DNA from: Stegostoma tigrinum | Taxonomy: Eukaryota | DNA length: 64,000 nt | Assembly: GCF_030684315.1 (NCBI RefSeq) | Contig: NC_081359.1 | Coordinates: forward strand, 41,054,470 to 41,118,469 | Direction of reading: 5' to 3' | Part shown: in pieces, positions 51,681-64,000 of the stretch | How positions within the stretch are numbered: the stretch's first letter is position 1 | How the letters are laid out: each line of letters opens with the position of its first letter | Position numbers and translations under genes: made by a program | Notes under the pieces: model-generated | Database searches by the model: none | What the model saw: the letters and a program-made list of their open reading frames with translations, nothing else | What the model was told of the DNA's origin: nothing

Positions 51681-54634
51681 CTGATACACTCCTGACTAGT
51701 AATGCCCCGGTTCCCAGGACTGACTGTGACCTACCCCGAGAACACCCGGCAGTACAGTTATCACTGAGCCAAAGCCCAGCCCCCAAACCAATGCCTCTGC
51801 AAATCCATAACTGTTAGGATTACAATCCTGAGTGGTCACATTACCTTGCATAAGCAACCATGGCCCAATTTCCAGTCCAAAGGACACAGACCTCCAGACT
51901 TTACTCTACCCAAGTGCTGAGCTAACAGAGGCCAATTACTTGTACTATCAGATCATTCTCAGCAGCAGCATTACCATGGTCATTCAAATTGAAAATTTGT
52001 GCTGTCCAGATTCTCAGAAGGAAAAAGAACTGGCAGTGTCATATAAATGACATGAGTTGGTATAAAAATGCTATTACACTAACATAAGGTAGTCAGTGCA
52101 ATTCTGGGAAGAAAACTCAGGAAATTCTTCAATGTTGAGATTAAAACTAAACAGTACAGGTGACCTCCAGCACACAATGTTGTACTCAACATTACACCAA
52201 ATTAAACTAATCCTTTTGCCTATCTTTGGTGGATGTCTTTCCATATTTCATGTTTATCTACAAGTTCCTTAAACATCTATCACATCTGTCCCCACCACAT
52301 TCCCAGACTCCTGCTACAGAGAGAAAACACTTGCCACTTATCTCCTTCAAAGCTCCACCCCCACCCCCCTCACCTTAAAGGCACATCTCCTAGCATTTAA
52401 ACTCTGGGCAAAAAGATTCTGACCATCAACCTTACCTATACATCATATCACTGAACCATTCCATTCAACTTTATACATCACCACCAGGTAGCACCTCAAC
52501 ATTCTCTGCTCTAGAAACAAATCTAACCCTATCCCAACTCTTCATAGCCAAATGCTCCGAAGCAGGCAACATCCTGGTGAATCTCCCTTGCATTCATCCT
52601 TCTTACAGCACTGACTAGAACTGCACACTTCTCCATCTGTGGCCAAGTAAAGTTCTACATAGCTAAAAATGACCTCCCTGCTCTTATGACCAGAGATATA
52701 TTAACAGATAAAGACAAATATTCTGTATGTCCTATAACAGCCCTCTAAGATGTGTCCTGCTACATTGAGGGATATGTGGATAAACATTCCCAGATCCTTC
52801 CATTCTTGGGCTTCCAGTATCTTGCTGTTTGTTGAGTACTTCTTATCCTCTTTGCTTCTCTTAAGTGCAGCACCTCTCATCAGGAATCTTTATAGAGAAA
52901 TAAAAACAAACCATGGATGAGGGTTTTACCAACTAGGCCAGCCAACATTTATTACCTATTCCAGAGGGCTATTCAAAGTCAAACCACCTTGTGGGTCTGG
53001 AGTTACATTAAGTCCAGACCAGGTATGGACAGCACTTTCCTTAAAAAAAGAGAAAAAAGAAAGATAAATCAGTGAACCAGATGAGTTTTTCCTAACAGTG
53101 GATTCACGGTCATCATTCAACTCATAATTCCAGGTGTCTATTGAATTCAAATTCCACCATCTGCTGTAGTGGAATTTAAAACTGATCTCCCAGAACATGC
53201 TCGAGTTACCACATTAATAACAGTAATACCACAATTAGGTGATTGCCTCTCCTTGATATTGTCCCATAGCCAAATACCTCCATCTGCAAACATACTCATT
53301 CACAGCACCCCTTCAAAAACTTACCCCACCACCACATTGTCATTTTCCAAACTTACTTGAAATTGCTACCGCCAATAAAAGAGGGACAGGAAATTTCAAC
53401 TCCTCCTTTAGGCATCCACTTTGTTAACACCATTCAGGGTCTATTTAAATTAAGTCAATCCTCAATATTCTGAACTTTAGTGGAAAGTCTAGTTTGTCCA
53501 ACCTTTCCCAATTTCAGAAATCAATTCAGTAAACCTTTGAACTGCCTCCAACATTTGAACTACCTTTTCTTAAAGACTAAATTTCAAGTACTGTCTAATT
53601 TTGTCTTTATAACTGAAGCGTTTGTCAAATTCCTCTCTTGATAAAAGGACTGCATTCCTTGGGTTCCTGACTGTGCTTGAACAACTGACTCAAACACAAG
53701 AACACCTAGAGCACTCATACCCCAGAACTGTGCATAGAATTTTTTTTAATTACTATGGTTTTTCCATTCACGCTAAAAGCATGACTCACTCACCCATACT
53801 ACCTGCTAGATATTTATTTTTGTCACTCACTCAAGCCATTCATATTCCATCTTGAACCCTCATTATAATCCTCAACACTTTTTAGCCAGAAAAATTGTCA
53901 TCTGCAATGTAACTACAGAATTCATTACTGGTAAGTGTAAAATTAAAGTTGCAGTAGAGACCCCAGCAGGGCTCTGCTCATTACATCCAACTAAAGAAAA
54001 ACACAGTCTGTTTATAGCCAGCAGCCAATATTCCACACAAACGTTAACCATCATGAATTCCTACCCTGAAATTTGTGTCACCATGTTACATTTCCTGGAA
54101 ACGCAATCATTCAGAATATTCTGAAATATCCTCAGACGTCTGCCACTGCTTCTGCCTCAATCCATCAAGCTGGCATGTGTCACTCACTTCAGCTAGCTCA
54201 GTTTTTAAAATGAGTTTTGTTGCAGTTAATTAAGGCACAGCCACCCTTTCATACTGAATGTTAAAAAATGTGATCACTGTTGCCTCGACTGTGAATTAGT
54301 TAACAAGTCTTGTTAAATTACACAATACCCAGCTCAGTACAACCTGCTCTCTGATCACCTCCAGAGCACTTATATATTAGAGATATAATCTCTATCACAC
54401 ACTTCAAAATCATGCATGATTATTGCTATTTATTACAACACTCTCAGTAGTAATCTTCATCCAATGATTCTTGTGGGCCTGAGGGCCAACCCTACTAGTT
54501 ACTTTTGTTTCCAACATCCCCACCCGGCATCAGAAGGCATTGCCTTTCATTTTGTCTTTGTAGCTGTTCCTCCATTCTTAGGTATGCACTCAACCTTTCA
54601 GCTGTTCAGGCCTTCCCTTTCACATATTACTACT

Positions 54635-55437
54635 TGCCCTGTGAAATGCACAACAGGTTGTCAGAAGGCACTGAAATTTTCTGTGCTTGTCGAATAAGTC
54701 AGTTTGGAGAGTAACCACACTTTTTATAATTGATTACAAACAGCTGATAAAACCTGCTCAATGCTAGGAATCGTAGCACTGCCCTTGCCAATAGTGGGGG
54801 GGGGGGGGGGGGGGGAACACCCCATAACACTTATTTTTCACACATTTTGGAGAATCTGTCCAAGTCCAATAACGTGGCCTACAAATATGACTTGTGCTGT
54901 TGCAAACTGATCTTGGTAAATTGATCACCAAGCCTGCTTCCCAAAGCCAATTCTTTTACATATGACACAATCACTAGATTGACTGTACACCATGCAATTT
55001 TTCATACCAAATGACATTACCCTTACTGTTAATTTGAAGTAATTAGAGATGGACACAAGCTGCTGATCCAGCCACTGATGCTCAAATCCCATGAATGTAT
55101 AAAACCATATCAGCCCAAATTGAGCCAAATGCAAGCAACTGTCAATTAGTAAGAATTAAGGGCAGGACGGTTGCTCAGTGATTAGCACTGCAGCCTCAGC
55201 ACCAGAGACCTAGGTTCAGTTCCAGCCTCTGGTAACTGCAAACACCACACAGACATTCTCCCCATGTCTGTGTGGGTTTCCTCCGGGTGTTCCGGTTTCC
55301 TCCCACTGTCCAAACGTGTGCAGGCTAGGTGGATCAGCCATGTTAAATTGCCCATAGTGTTCAAGGGTGTGTGGAAAGTAATGAGGCTGTGTGGACTTGG
55401 GCCAAAGGGCCTGTTTCCACACTAGGGAATCTAATCT
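54635..55437 (+). repeat. Left arm of a near-perfect inverted duplication (803 bp; includes HE1-like SINE 55160-55437)
   Basis: Reverse complement of 57283-58089; identical translated ORFs on opposite strands. Confidence 0.97.
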
Positions 55438-56371
55438 AAACAGTCCATTTAGTGTTGCAAACTGATGCTTTGCTCTGTTGGATGAAGGACCTGCTAGTGT
55501 AATTGAGTAAGTCAAACTTAGAAATAAAAGCTTTTGGCCCACGTGCTCAGTATAGTCTTCCAAATGCAGAATAGGACCTGAATTAGATTTTGTAATAGCA
55601 TTTACTGATAGCATGTAATTATTGGTTATGACCTGGTACCATTGTCATTTCTACTATGGTTCTGCAGTTACTGCAACTCAATTTGATACTGTTGACTTTC
55701 AACTTACAGGCTCAGAATACATGCATCAAATTAGAGGGTTAAGTCTCTATGGATATTTCTTAATTGGAACAGCATTTTCTATGTCTACATCCATAATTAG
55801 ATTATACGTCTCCGCTTATTCCCTCATCTCCCATGTGATTGTAACAACTCGGGCCACTTTTTTTTTCCCCTCTGGAAGATAATTTATCTCAACTCACGAC
55901 AACTTCCTCATTGTCCCAATTTAATTTGAGGAATGTCCAACTCCAAATTCTCTGAAAGTATTCCTTAGCTGTGTTGTGATCAGTAGCATGATTTTTCTTT
56001 CCTTCCCTGTCAACATGATTCGAACACAGTCATGTGTTGCACATTGATTTCTTTGGCATTATCAAAATAGGCCCTATAACACCTCAGTTGCTTGTTCCAC
56101 AAGCTTCCACCACAGTAGGCATCCATCATACCTGTAATCCAGTTACATAATTACAAAGAACAGACTGCCTTCTGGGAGCCAAGATAAATCTTATTCTGTT
56201 GACGACTAAGCAGTAACTGTTGAATCTAGTAACATTCCACAAACCTATCCTTGGCAAATGCAAACTGAGCAAAAAGATTGCACAAACATCCAGGAAACCA
56301 GTCTAGGAGAAAAGAAGACTTCTGGCAGGGAACTTCAGCTTTTTGTGGCAGAGAGAGGAGACATCTTGCTT

Positions 56372-56472
56372 CAAAAGCTTTTGTGCTCCTGAGATGCTGC
56401 TTAGCCTGCTGTGTTCATCCAGCCCCACACTTTATCTTGGATTCCCAGCATGTGCAGTTCCCATTATCTCTG
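56372..56472 (+). mobile_element. Short Penelope pLTR fragment of the array family
   Basis: AGCTTTTGTGCTCCTGAGATGCTGC...CCCATTATCTCTG matches the reverse complement of unit positions 88-188. Confidence 0.85.
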
Positions 56473-57282
56473 AATGCTGCATCTGTTTTAATCTTATTTA
56501 AAAGTGTCATGCTCTTTATTGGCCTGGCAGAAAGCACAGTACCTCTCAACCTCTCTTCAATTTTAAAAAAAAATAGGGACAGAATATTTCTTAAGGTCTA
56601 ATATTATCACAAAACTAGTACTGAATGAATGGCTTGCCTTATGAGGAAAGGCGAGTTAGGTTAGGCCTCTATCCTCTAGAGTCTGGTGACTTAATTGCAT
56701 CAGTCCGAAGAGGACTTGTTTGGATATGGAAAAGATGTTTCTGTGGGAGAATGTAGATCTAAGAATGCTTTACGTATGAGATTCTTTTGTTTTTAACCTG
56801 AGAAAGTTGAAGGACTCTTGACATTCCTTTCCACAAAAAGCTAAGAATATAGAATCTTTAGATATTCTTAATGCTGAACAAGGTAGATGCTGATTTTACC
56901 AACAAGCGTTTTGGTTTATATAAGAATCTAAAAGTGAGGTTCAAATCTGATCAGCCATGATCTTGGTGGAGGTTCCAAGTGATACATTGCCTACTGTTGT
57001 TCCTTCTTCCTGAGTTCAAGAGTTCTAATCTCATTTGTAGCTAAGTGCCATTGTCAGAAAGCATTTTAAGATTTGTCAAATATTAGTATGTTATGTTTTG
57101 TGGTGTACACATATCAATTCATTAGGAAAGTGGGGCCTATTCTATTAGAACATATCAGCCCATGGACCTCCAGGATCAATATTACCAGGAAGTAAAGATG
57201 ACTTTTCAACATGTTCTTTTTTTAAAAAAAGTTTAGGGATTAAGCTGGGTAATAATAAAGCAGAGTCAACATGGTGGAGTAA

Positions 57283-58089
57283 AGATTAGATTCCCTAGTG
57301 TGGAAACAGGCCCTTTGGCCCAAGTCCACACAGCCTCATTACTTTCCACACACCCTTGAACACTATGGGCAATTTAACATGGCTGATCCACCTAGCCTGC
57401 ACACGTTTGGACAGTGGGAGGAAACCGGAACACCCGGAGGAAACCCACACAGACATGGGGAGAATGTCTGTGTGGTGTTTGCAGTTACCAGAGGCTGGAA
57501 CTGAACCTAGGTCTCTGGTGCTGAGGCTGCAGTGCTAATCACTGAGCAACCGTCCTGCCCTTAATTCTTACTAATTGACAGTTGCTTGCATTTGGCTCAA
57601 TTTGGGCTGATATGGTTTTATACATTCATGGGATTTGAGCATCAATGGCTGGATCAGCAGCTTGTGTCCATCTCTAATTACTTCAAATTAACAGTAAGGG
57701 TAATGTCATTTGGTATGAAAAATTGCATGGTGTACAGTCAATCTAGTGATTGTGTCATATGTAAAAGAATTGGCTTTGGGAAGCAGGCTTGGTGATCAAT
57801 TTACCAAGATCAGTTTGCAACAGCACAAGTCATATTTGTAGGCCACGTTATTGGACTTGGACAGATTCTCCAAAATGTGTGAAAAATAAGTGTTATGGGG
57901 TGTTCCCCCCCCCCCCCCCCCCCCCCCCACTATTGGCAAGGGCAGTGCTACGATTCCTAGCATTGAGCAGGTTTTATCAGCTGTTTGTAATCAATTATAA
58001 AAAGTGTGGTTACTCTCCAAACTGACTTATTCGACAAGCACAGAAAATTTCAGTGCCTTCTGACAACCTGTTGTGCATTTCACAGGGCA
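57283..58089 (-). repeat. Right arm of the inverted duplication (807 bp; includes HE1-like SINE 57283-57560)
   Basis: Differs from the left arm by one visible substitution and by homopolymer length (C24 versus G20). Confidence 0.97.
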
Positions 58090-59100
58090 GAAAGTTGCGT
58101 CAACTGCTTCCCTGGTGTTAGCCACACTAAATTATACAGATCCATTCAAGGTGACTAAATCGATGGAAGCGATATGGGTGTTGGTATTATCTATGAAGAA
58201 GGGTCTAGGCCCGAAACGTCAGCTTTTGAGCTCCCGAGATGCTGCTTGGCCTGCTGTGTTCATCCAGCTTCACACTTTGTTATCCTGGATTCTCCAGCAT
58301 CTGCAGTTTCCATTATCTCTGGGTATTGTACTCTCAAGAATACAAGATAGACCTATTGGGGAATTTTCCCAAAAAGCTGAATTATTATTAACAGAAACAT
58401 TCCACTATTGAGAAATAACCCTTGATCTTGTTTTTGGCATTACATTTCAACATTTATTATCAGTAACGTGACAGACAATAATGATCATAACCCAGTGAAG
58501 TGGAGACATTTAGAAAGACTATTTCCAGATTGATTGCTTAGACGAAGGTTATTACAGCCAGCCAATCTGAAACTTACACATGCAGCAGGTTGAGAGACAT
58601 GTTGTTCAGCAACAGGAATAAACTGGCTGAAATAAGCTGTAGTAGTGAATGTCAGCATGCTTACAAACAATGTATACACATTGTAGTCTTACTTCAGTAT
58701 ACGCCATCTTTGTATAATGATGCATTTTTCTAAAAAAGGGGAGCTGTCATGCTGCTAGAGATCATTTTATCCTTTGTAAAGCACTGATTAAAACACTTCA
58801 GACTTTGTTTTTGTTTAATAGCCTGAATGTGGCCAGCTTCAGTAAATAGCTCCTGGCTGCTACTGAATTGGACAACTGTACATGAGAACCCTATATCTGA
58901 ATTTGCCTTTTGTCAAGGTGTTTATGGGATGTTACTAATTAACTGTGCCAATATAATATTAACCAATATCTTAATTTTTCCAATAGAGCTGGAACTCTAA
59001 ACACACTCTTCAGTTGTATTTTAAACAGCATTTCAAATAAATGGTGTTTTGCTCAATTAGGTTTGACCATTTGCTTTGCATCTGGAACATGGCTTCACAA
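57690..59100 (+). mobile_element. Decayed Gypsy RT/RNase H relic, polypurine tract and 3' LTR
   Basis: VMSFGMKN, LVINL, VLRFLALSRFY and LVLATLNYTDPFKV motifs; AAAAAAGGGGAG tract at 58732-58743 followed by TGTCA at 58745. Confidence 0.75.
58189..58321 (+). mobile_element. Short Penelope pLTR insertion of the array family inside the Gypsy relic
   Basis: TGAAGAAGGGTCTAGGCCCGAAACGTCAGC...CCATTATCTCT; GGTATT direct repeat at 58183-58188 and 58322-58327. Confidence 0.88.
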
Positions 59101-59419
59101 AAGGCTTTAAAAAAAGGGGCCTATTTACTCTCTGCTTCCTTTAGTCAATGTCAATGTTTTCTCTAATACAAGCTTTTATTTTTCCACAGTAAATTTTGAC
59201 AATATTTTCTGGAAATTTAAGTAATACACATTCGTTGGTTCTCCTACATCCATGGCACAAGTAACAACTTCTTCAAAAAACAAAAAGTCCTATTTTAAAA
59301 AGGGATATGACTGCATCCTGACAATGCACTTCCAGGCAACTCTTCTGCTGCTTGGTACATTGCAGTGTTTGTAACTATCTCCAAAACATCAAGCTGTGTG
59401 TGCACGTGCACACATGCAT

Positions 59420-60620
59420 ATGCTAGGTGACAATAAAGTGAGAGAGCACAGAAACACAAGTCAGGCTGGGTTGCCAAAAGCTAAATCAGGACCTTTTAGA
59501 AGCTGACAGTGGGATGGGTTGTGGGAGCAACCCATGACAACAAGGCCTCGTGTATCATGGGGATAAGGACATGGAAAAAGGTGCCCACATCCTAAAATTG
59601 CTGATTGCTGTAGAGTACAAAAGGCTGCAGAGGGAATGAGATGCTGTTATTCTTGTCTGCACTGAGCTTCAGCACAGTAATGAGCCAAAAACATGGTAGC
59701 CAGGAAACACACTGGTGTGATGAAGCAGGCGGCACCAGGAAGTTTAGGGCCAGTTTTGCTGAGAAAAGGCAGGTTGGTGCAAAGCAGTCACCAAGCCTGC
59801 ATTTTGTCTCCCCACTAGGGAAGCTACATTGTGGAGCAACAAACACAGTGGGCAACACTAAGTTTTGGTAAACTGCTGTTTCTTCTGGAAGGCATTTGGA
59901 GTCTTGGATGTGAAGACAGGACAAGGAAAGTAGTAAGTGGACAAGTCTTACTGTCCCATGCAATTGCATAAAGTGTCATGTCAGGGCATGTTAGGAGTGG
60001 CAGTGTGAACCTGGTGTCCCAGGCAGAATGGTCCTTGTACGAGAGGGGATGGGGATGGGGATGGGGTTAAGTGGGAACCAGGAAGCTCTAATTGCTATTG
60101 CAGTGAAGCTAGGGGTGAGGACTGAAGTACAAGAGAGATGGGTCATACATGGCTGAGGGCCTGTCAAGCCACCATGGTAGTGAATCCTCAGTTGATGGGC
60201 ATTTTCAAGGCCTCCTTGTAGAGTCCAGCATCAGATACAACAAAACAAAGACAATGGGATAGTCTTTACATGACACAGTGCGAGAATGTGGTCAGGGTAA
60301 CTGTGGGATTTGTAGTAGATATTGATGGGTCAGCCTATCCCAGAAATTGATGTCGAGATATTGGGGAAGGGAAGGCAGGGGCTGGGGTCAGACCAGGTGT
60401 GCGTGCGTTTTTTTTGGGGGGGGGGAGAAGAGAAGAGAGAACCACAGAAGTACCACAATTGTAGTTGGGATCCAAATGCAGGACTGGAACATAACTATTC
60501 CACGGATACCACAAAGCAAAGTATAACCAGCAACACCTTTTATCTGAAGTAAGTGAGGAGGTTAAGAGGACAAGCTCAGCCAGTGAAAGGAGGATGGGGG
60601 ACAGCCACAGAATCACCTTT
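59420..60620 (-). mobile_element. Old Penelope-like element fragment with GIY-YIG relic
   Basis: GETKCRLGDCFA in ORF 59592-59969; boundaries approximate. Confidence 0.7.
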
Positions 60621-61949
60621 GGCTTGTCTTTCTGACTTTATATGCAGCTAACTATAAAGGGAAGAAAAACGCTTCCCAGTTACTTGTGCTCTTCTCACTG
60701 ATGGCATCTCTGGGTTGATAAAAATCAGATATCAAAATTGTGAATTCAAATTCTTCTTCATACATAATTAACACACTTAAGCTTCATCTATCAATATGCC
60801 TGTCATATAAACCTCCAAGACAAATATAAGCACACAAATCCTTAACCTATCAGGGATTTTGCCCAACAAGCTAATTGTCAGTGATCAATATCTGTTAAAT
60901 GAACTGTTTTAATTCTAACTTCCTTCTTCATTAGGGAAGATTTTTTCCATCCCAAGTCTCTCCCACCACAAAGCATGGCTTTGGTCAACAATCTCTCCTC
61001 CGCAACTAGTTGTACTTCATATTTTAAGACACGTCTGGTCAACGCCAATCCTTCTCAAAGCACGAGAAGCACCCATTAATTAGTGCAAATGTTTTCCCTC
61101 TATTCACCTTCAGCTATTACATCCCTTCCAAACTTGGCTGCACCTCTTCATATGACTGCCACCCTCCAACTGCAGCTCCTACCTCCTCCCTCCCAAAATT
61201 GGCTTCCATAGCCTAACCTTTCACTAGAAACTGGTCAAAGCAATACTCCCTCAAAGCTACACTGCCCTGCATAAAATTGAGGTCAGCTGCAGCACAAATA
61301 TTCAGTTCAACAAGTTGCTGTCACATACACCTGAGGCCTATAACAGCTGGAAATAAAATTAGAGGGAATACTGCACATTACTACTTATATTGCAATCTGG
61401 CAAATCAACAAAATAGCCACATACAACCACCTTTTTAAAAAAAAATCTTAAAACCTGTGCTACAATTTCACAGCCCTTCAAATCTATTGACTGTAGATAC
61501 ACCAGTTGCTTACCTAGATCATTCAGATCTCATATCCCAGTTCCCCCCCACAATGAAGACTCCAAGGTTGTTAAAAGCTATACAACAAAGGTGTCATGCC
61601 ATTGCAAATTATGGTTTAATGTTGCCAATTTGCACTGTCTGGCCTCAAAACTCTTACAAATACCTCAATGCTCTGAAAATTGATTTGCTCCTTCCTCAGT
61701 AACAGCTACCCGAAAAAGTAAATACTCAGTTACATATTTTAGATAACAATTAAAATTGCTCTCCTTATTTGGCTCATGTTTGCTTCAAAAGGTGGAGGCA
61801 TTCAAGTTCTCAAAGCCTGAACATCCATTGGCCTAGTATTTTACACTAGAACTGAGTTGCCAAAACAACTAGCATTATGACCACTTCTGCAAGTTGAAGC
61901 TCCCCCAACCCCAATCCATTACAATAGGCACTTTGTCTAGGAATGTCAA

Positions 61950-64000
61950 AGTTCTTCACTTTTGCTGCAGTTAGTCAAGAAAACATGTTTGAAAAGACAA
62001 AAGGTTACAACTAGATAGACCAGGAAAACAAGAGTCTCTGGAGACAAAGCTTAGAATTTATCACCTGATGCATTTCAGAGAGATGCACCACAAACATGCA
62101 GCTTGCAATCATTAAGTGCAAGTGTGTGTGCCCTTTTGTGATGGGAAATTTTTTCCTTTAAAACAGGACTTAAAGTTTTAAAAGTCAACAATCAAAATAT
62201 ACAAATTACAATTTTCCACAGATCCTTATAGATAATAGGATCAGATTTGAAATTGATGCCATGAGCCAAACTGATTTATGAACTCAATCACCTACCATTT
62301 CTGCTTCTAATCTTGCAGTCTTAACTCTCAGCTCTTCCACAAGTTCCGACTACTGGAAGTGAATTTTTGAACTCCAAAATAATAATCCAAGTGTCACATT
62401 TCATTCTATTTTCAGAGCCTCTATCCACCTATCAAAATTTTGTCTGAACCTTTCAAACTCCATGTACATCTGACCAGGTTCAGCTTTTCCTCAGATTTCC
62501 TGAAGTGTTGCCTGGAGGCTTCTGGTGCTAGCTCATACGCACTCAAGGCATTGTTCACATCATACCCCCACATCCCCTGAAAGTGACTTAAATAGCTCAC
62601 TAGATCTGCTCACCAACTGTTTGGATCAACAATGTCCACATGATCACTACCATTTCATTCGTTAGCCATTCTCAAATTAAGTGAAAGAGACTTGTACATT
62701 CTTTTCAAACTTAGGCAACACTGACATATTAAAAACAAGCCAATCAGGGCTTTGACTACAGTGGATTACTCCCCAATGTCTTAATTACTCCTCCTACTTT
62801 CACCTCCACCATTTTAAGTCAACTTGGAGAGAGAGTTTCCAGTTCCAACTTCAAGTTCATAAACTCTTGCTTTCTTCTGCTAGGGTCTTTTCCCTTTTGC
62901 TCTGGTTTTAATCATAATGCAAATTGTTGTATCTTTTTTTCATACTCAAGCAGCCTAAACTTTAGTGCAAATGAAGCCATCTCCAAAGATTCCAAAATGT
63001 GTTTCCAGCAAGTGGAAGGGTCAACTATTGCCATCCATTTTGCATGGGCAATGGCAAACCCAAGTCTAGTGTCTCCCAATTCCAAAAGCTTGGCTTTGCT
63101 CTGCTCACTGTTTTAAAAAAAAAAACACACCTCTTCCACCCTCCAGACACTTAGTGACTAAAAGAGCTATTACTACCTAAGGCACACTATTTAACCCAAC
63201 CAAATTCAACATCCAAAAATAGATCACTCACCATGTACTGCCCAAGTCCAACAACGCTAAACACAACCTGGGAATTAGAGATTTGCATCCCAATAAGAGC
63301 CCTCTGCTTGTTACGGGCCAGACCAGAACTTTTTCTCCTTTCCAAGTACAAGGCTGCCTGTTCCAGATACAATTCAATTGGTTAAACTACCAGGACTGAA
63401 TCAATGCACTTGATTGATGTACTATAATTAAAATAGACAGTAAAATTTGATTTCACCCAAAGTAGTAAAAACTACCAATTAACTGGTCCAATAGTAACAC
63501 ACTATGAACACACCCTTTAGTAGAGGCAAATGTAGTAAAATTGATAGTCTCACCTGCAATTCTAGCACGACAAAAAAAACAGAGAACCCCAGCTCTTAGC
63601 TCTAACAGCAGAATAGGAGCTTCCACATGTGGTTTCAAAACCACAACTGCTACTGAAGGCTAAACAATTTTTAAAAAATCTTGGTTCTGTGGGACCTTGA
63701 CCTAAGCCATTGTTCAAACCTTTAAAAGGTTTGAAGCTGTTCATTGGCTTTGGAGCAGATTTTTGCCTGTCTCATTCTTTGAGGTGTATTTTGTCCCTTC
63801 AAAGCCATAGTATTATCAATTGCTTTTGTTTTAACACCTTAATAAAAATATTTTTAGGACCACTTAATCTCACCTTTAGAAAGTTGGAGAGAATTTAAAG
63901 CTATTCAAAAAACATTGTTTATCAGATAGCAACAGATTCACTAGGTGTTGCAACAGTGGCTTTGAGTAAAAAGTATTCAAGAATTTACAGACTGTCATTT
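61950..64000 (-). mobile_element. Decayed Gypsy gag region and probable 5' LTR
   Basis: Minus strand 62270-62560 gives AYELAPEASRQHF, ERFRQNFDRWIEALKIE, FKNSLPV and EELRVKTARLEAEM (gag-like); LTR-like end TAACA with PBS-like GGGCTC near 63297-63313. Confidence 0.65.

Noticed and set aside
62292-62352. Coiled-coil-like exon candidate (SELVEELRVKTARLEAEM followed by GTAGGT)
   Set aside because: Sits inside a continuous decayed Gypsy gag-like region.

Overview
Repeat-dense, gene-poor vertebrate genomic DNA. The repeat repertoire (HE1-like tRNA SINEs with (AATCT)n tails, CR1-type LINEs, Penelope-like elements, Gypsy LTR relics, Rex1 and Tx1 fragments) points to a shark; a carpet shark is my guess, not shown. 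I could not identify any host protein-coding gene, and most ORF-track entries are transposon relics or noise. The main signal is 1-3361: eight near-identical 420-bp units. Each carries, on the minus strand, a minimal type I hammerhead ribozyme motif (CUGAUGA-a-stem II-GAAA-CG-UC) and an 85-codon ORF resembling a Penelope N-terminus whose stop codon lies in the ribozyme core. This is a candidate retrozyme-like, self-cleaving satellite. Related hammerhead-bearing Penelope ends are dispersed through the window as short insertions with target-site duplications and as fold-back palindromes. The second signal is an almost perfect ~800-bp inverted duplication (54635-55437 / 57283-58089) that ends exactly at a SINE tail, suggesting a SINE-driven 5' transduction. 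All family calls come from motif recognition by eye, not database searches.
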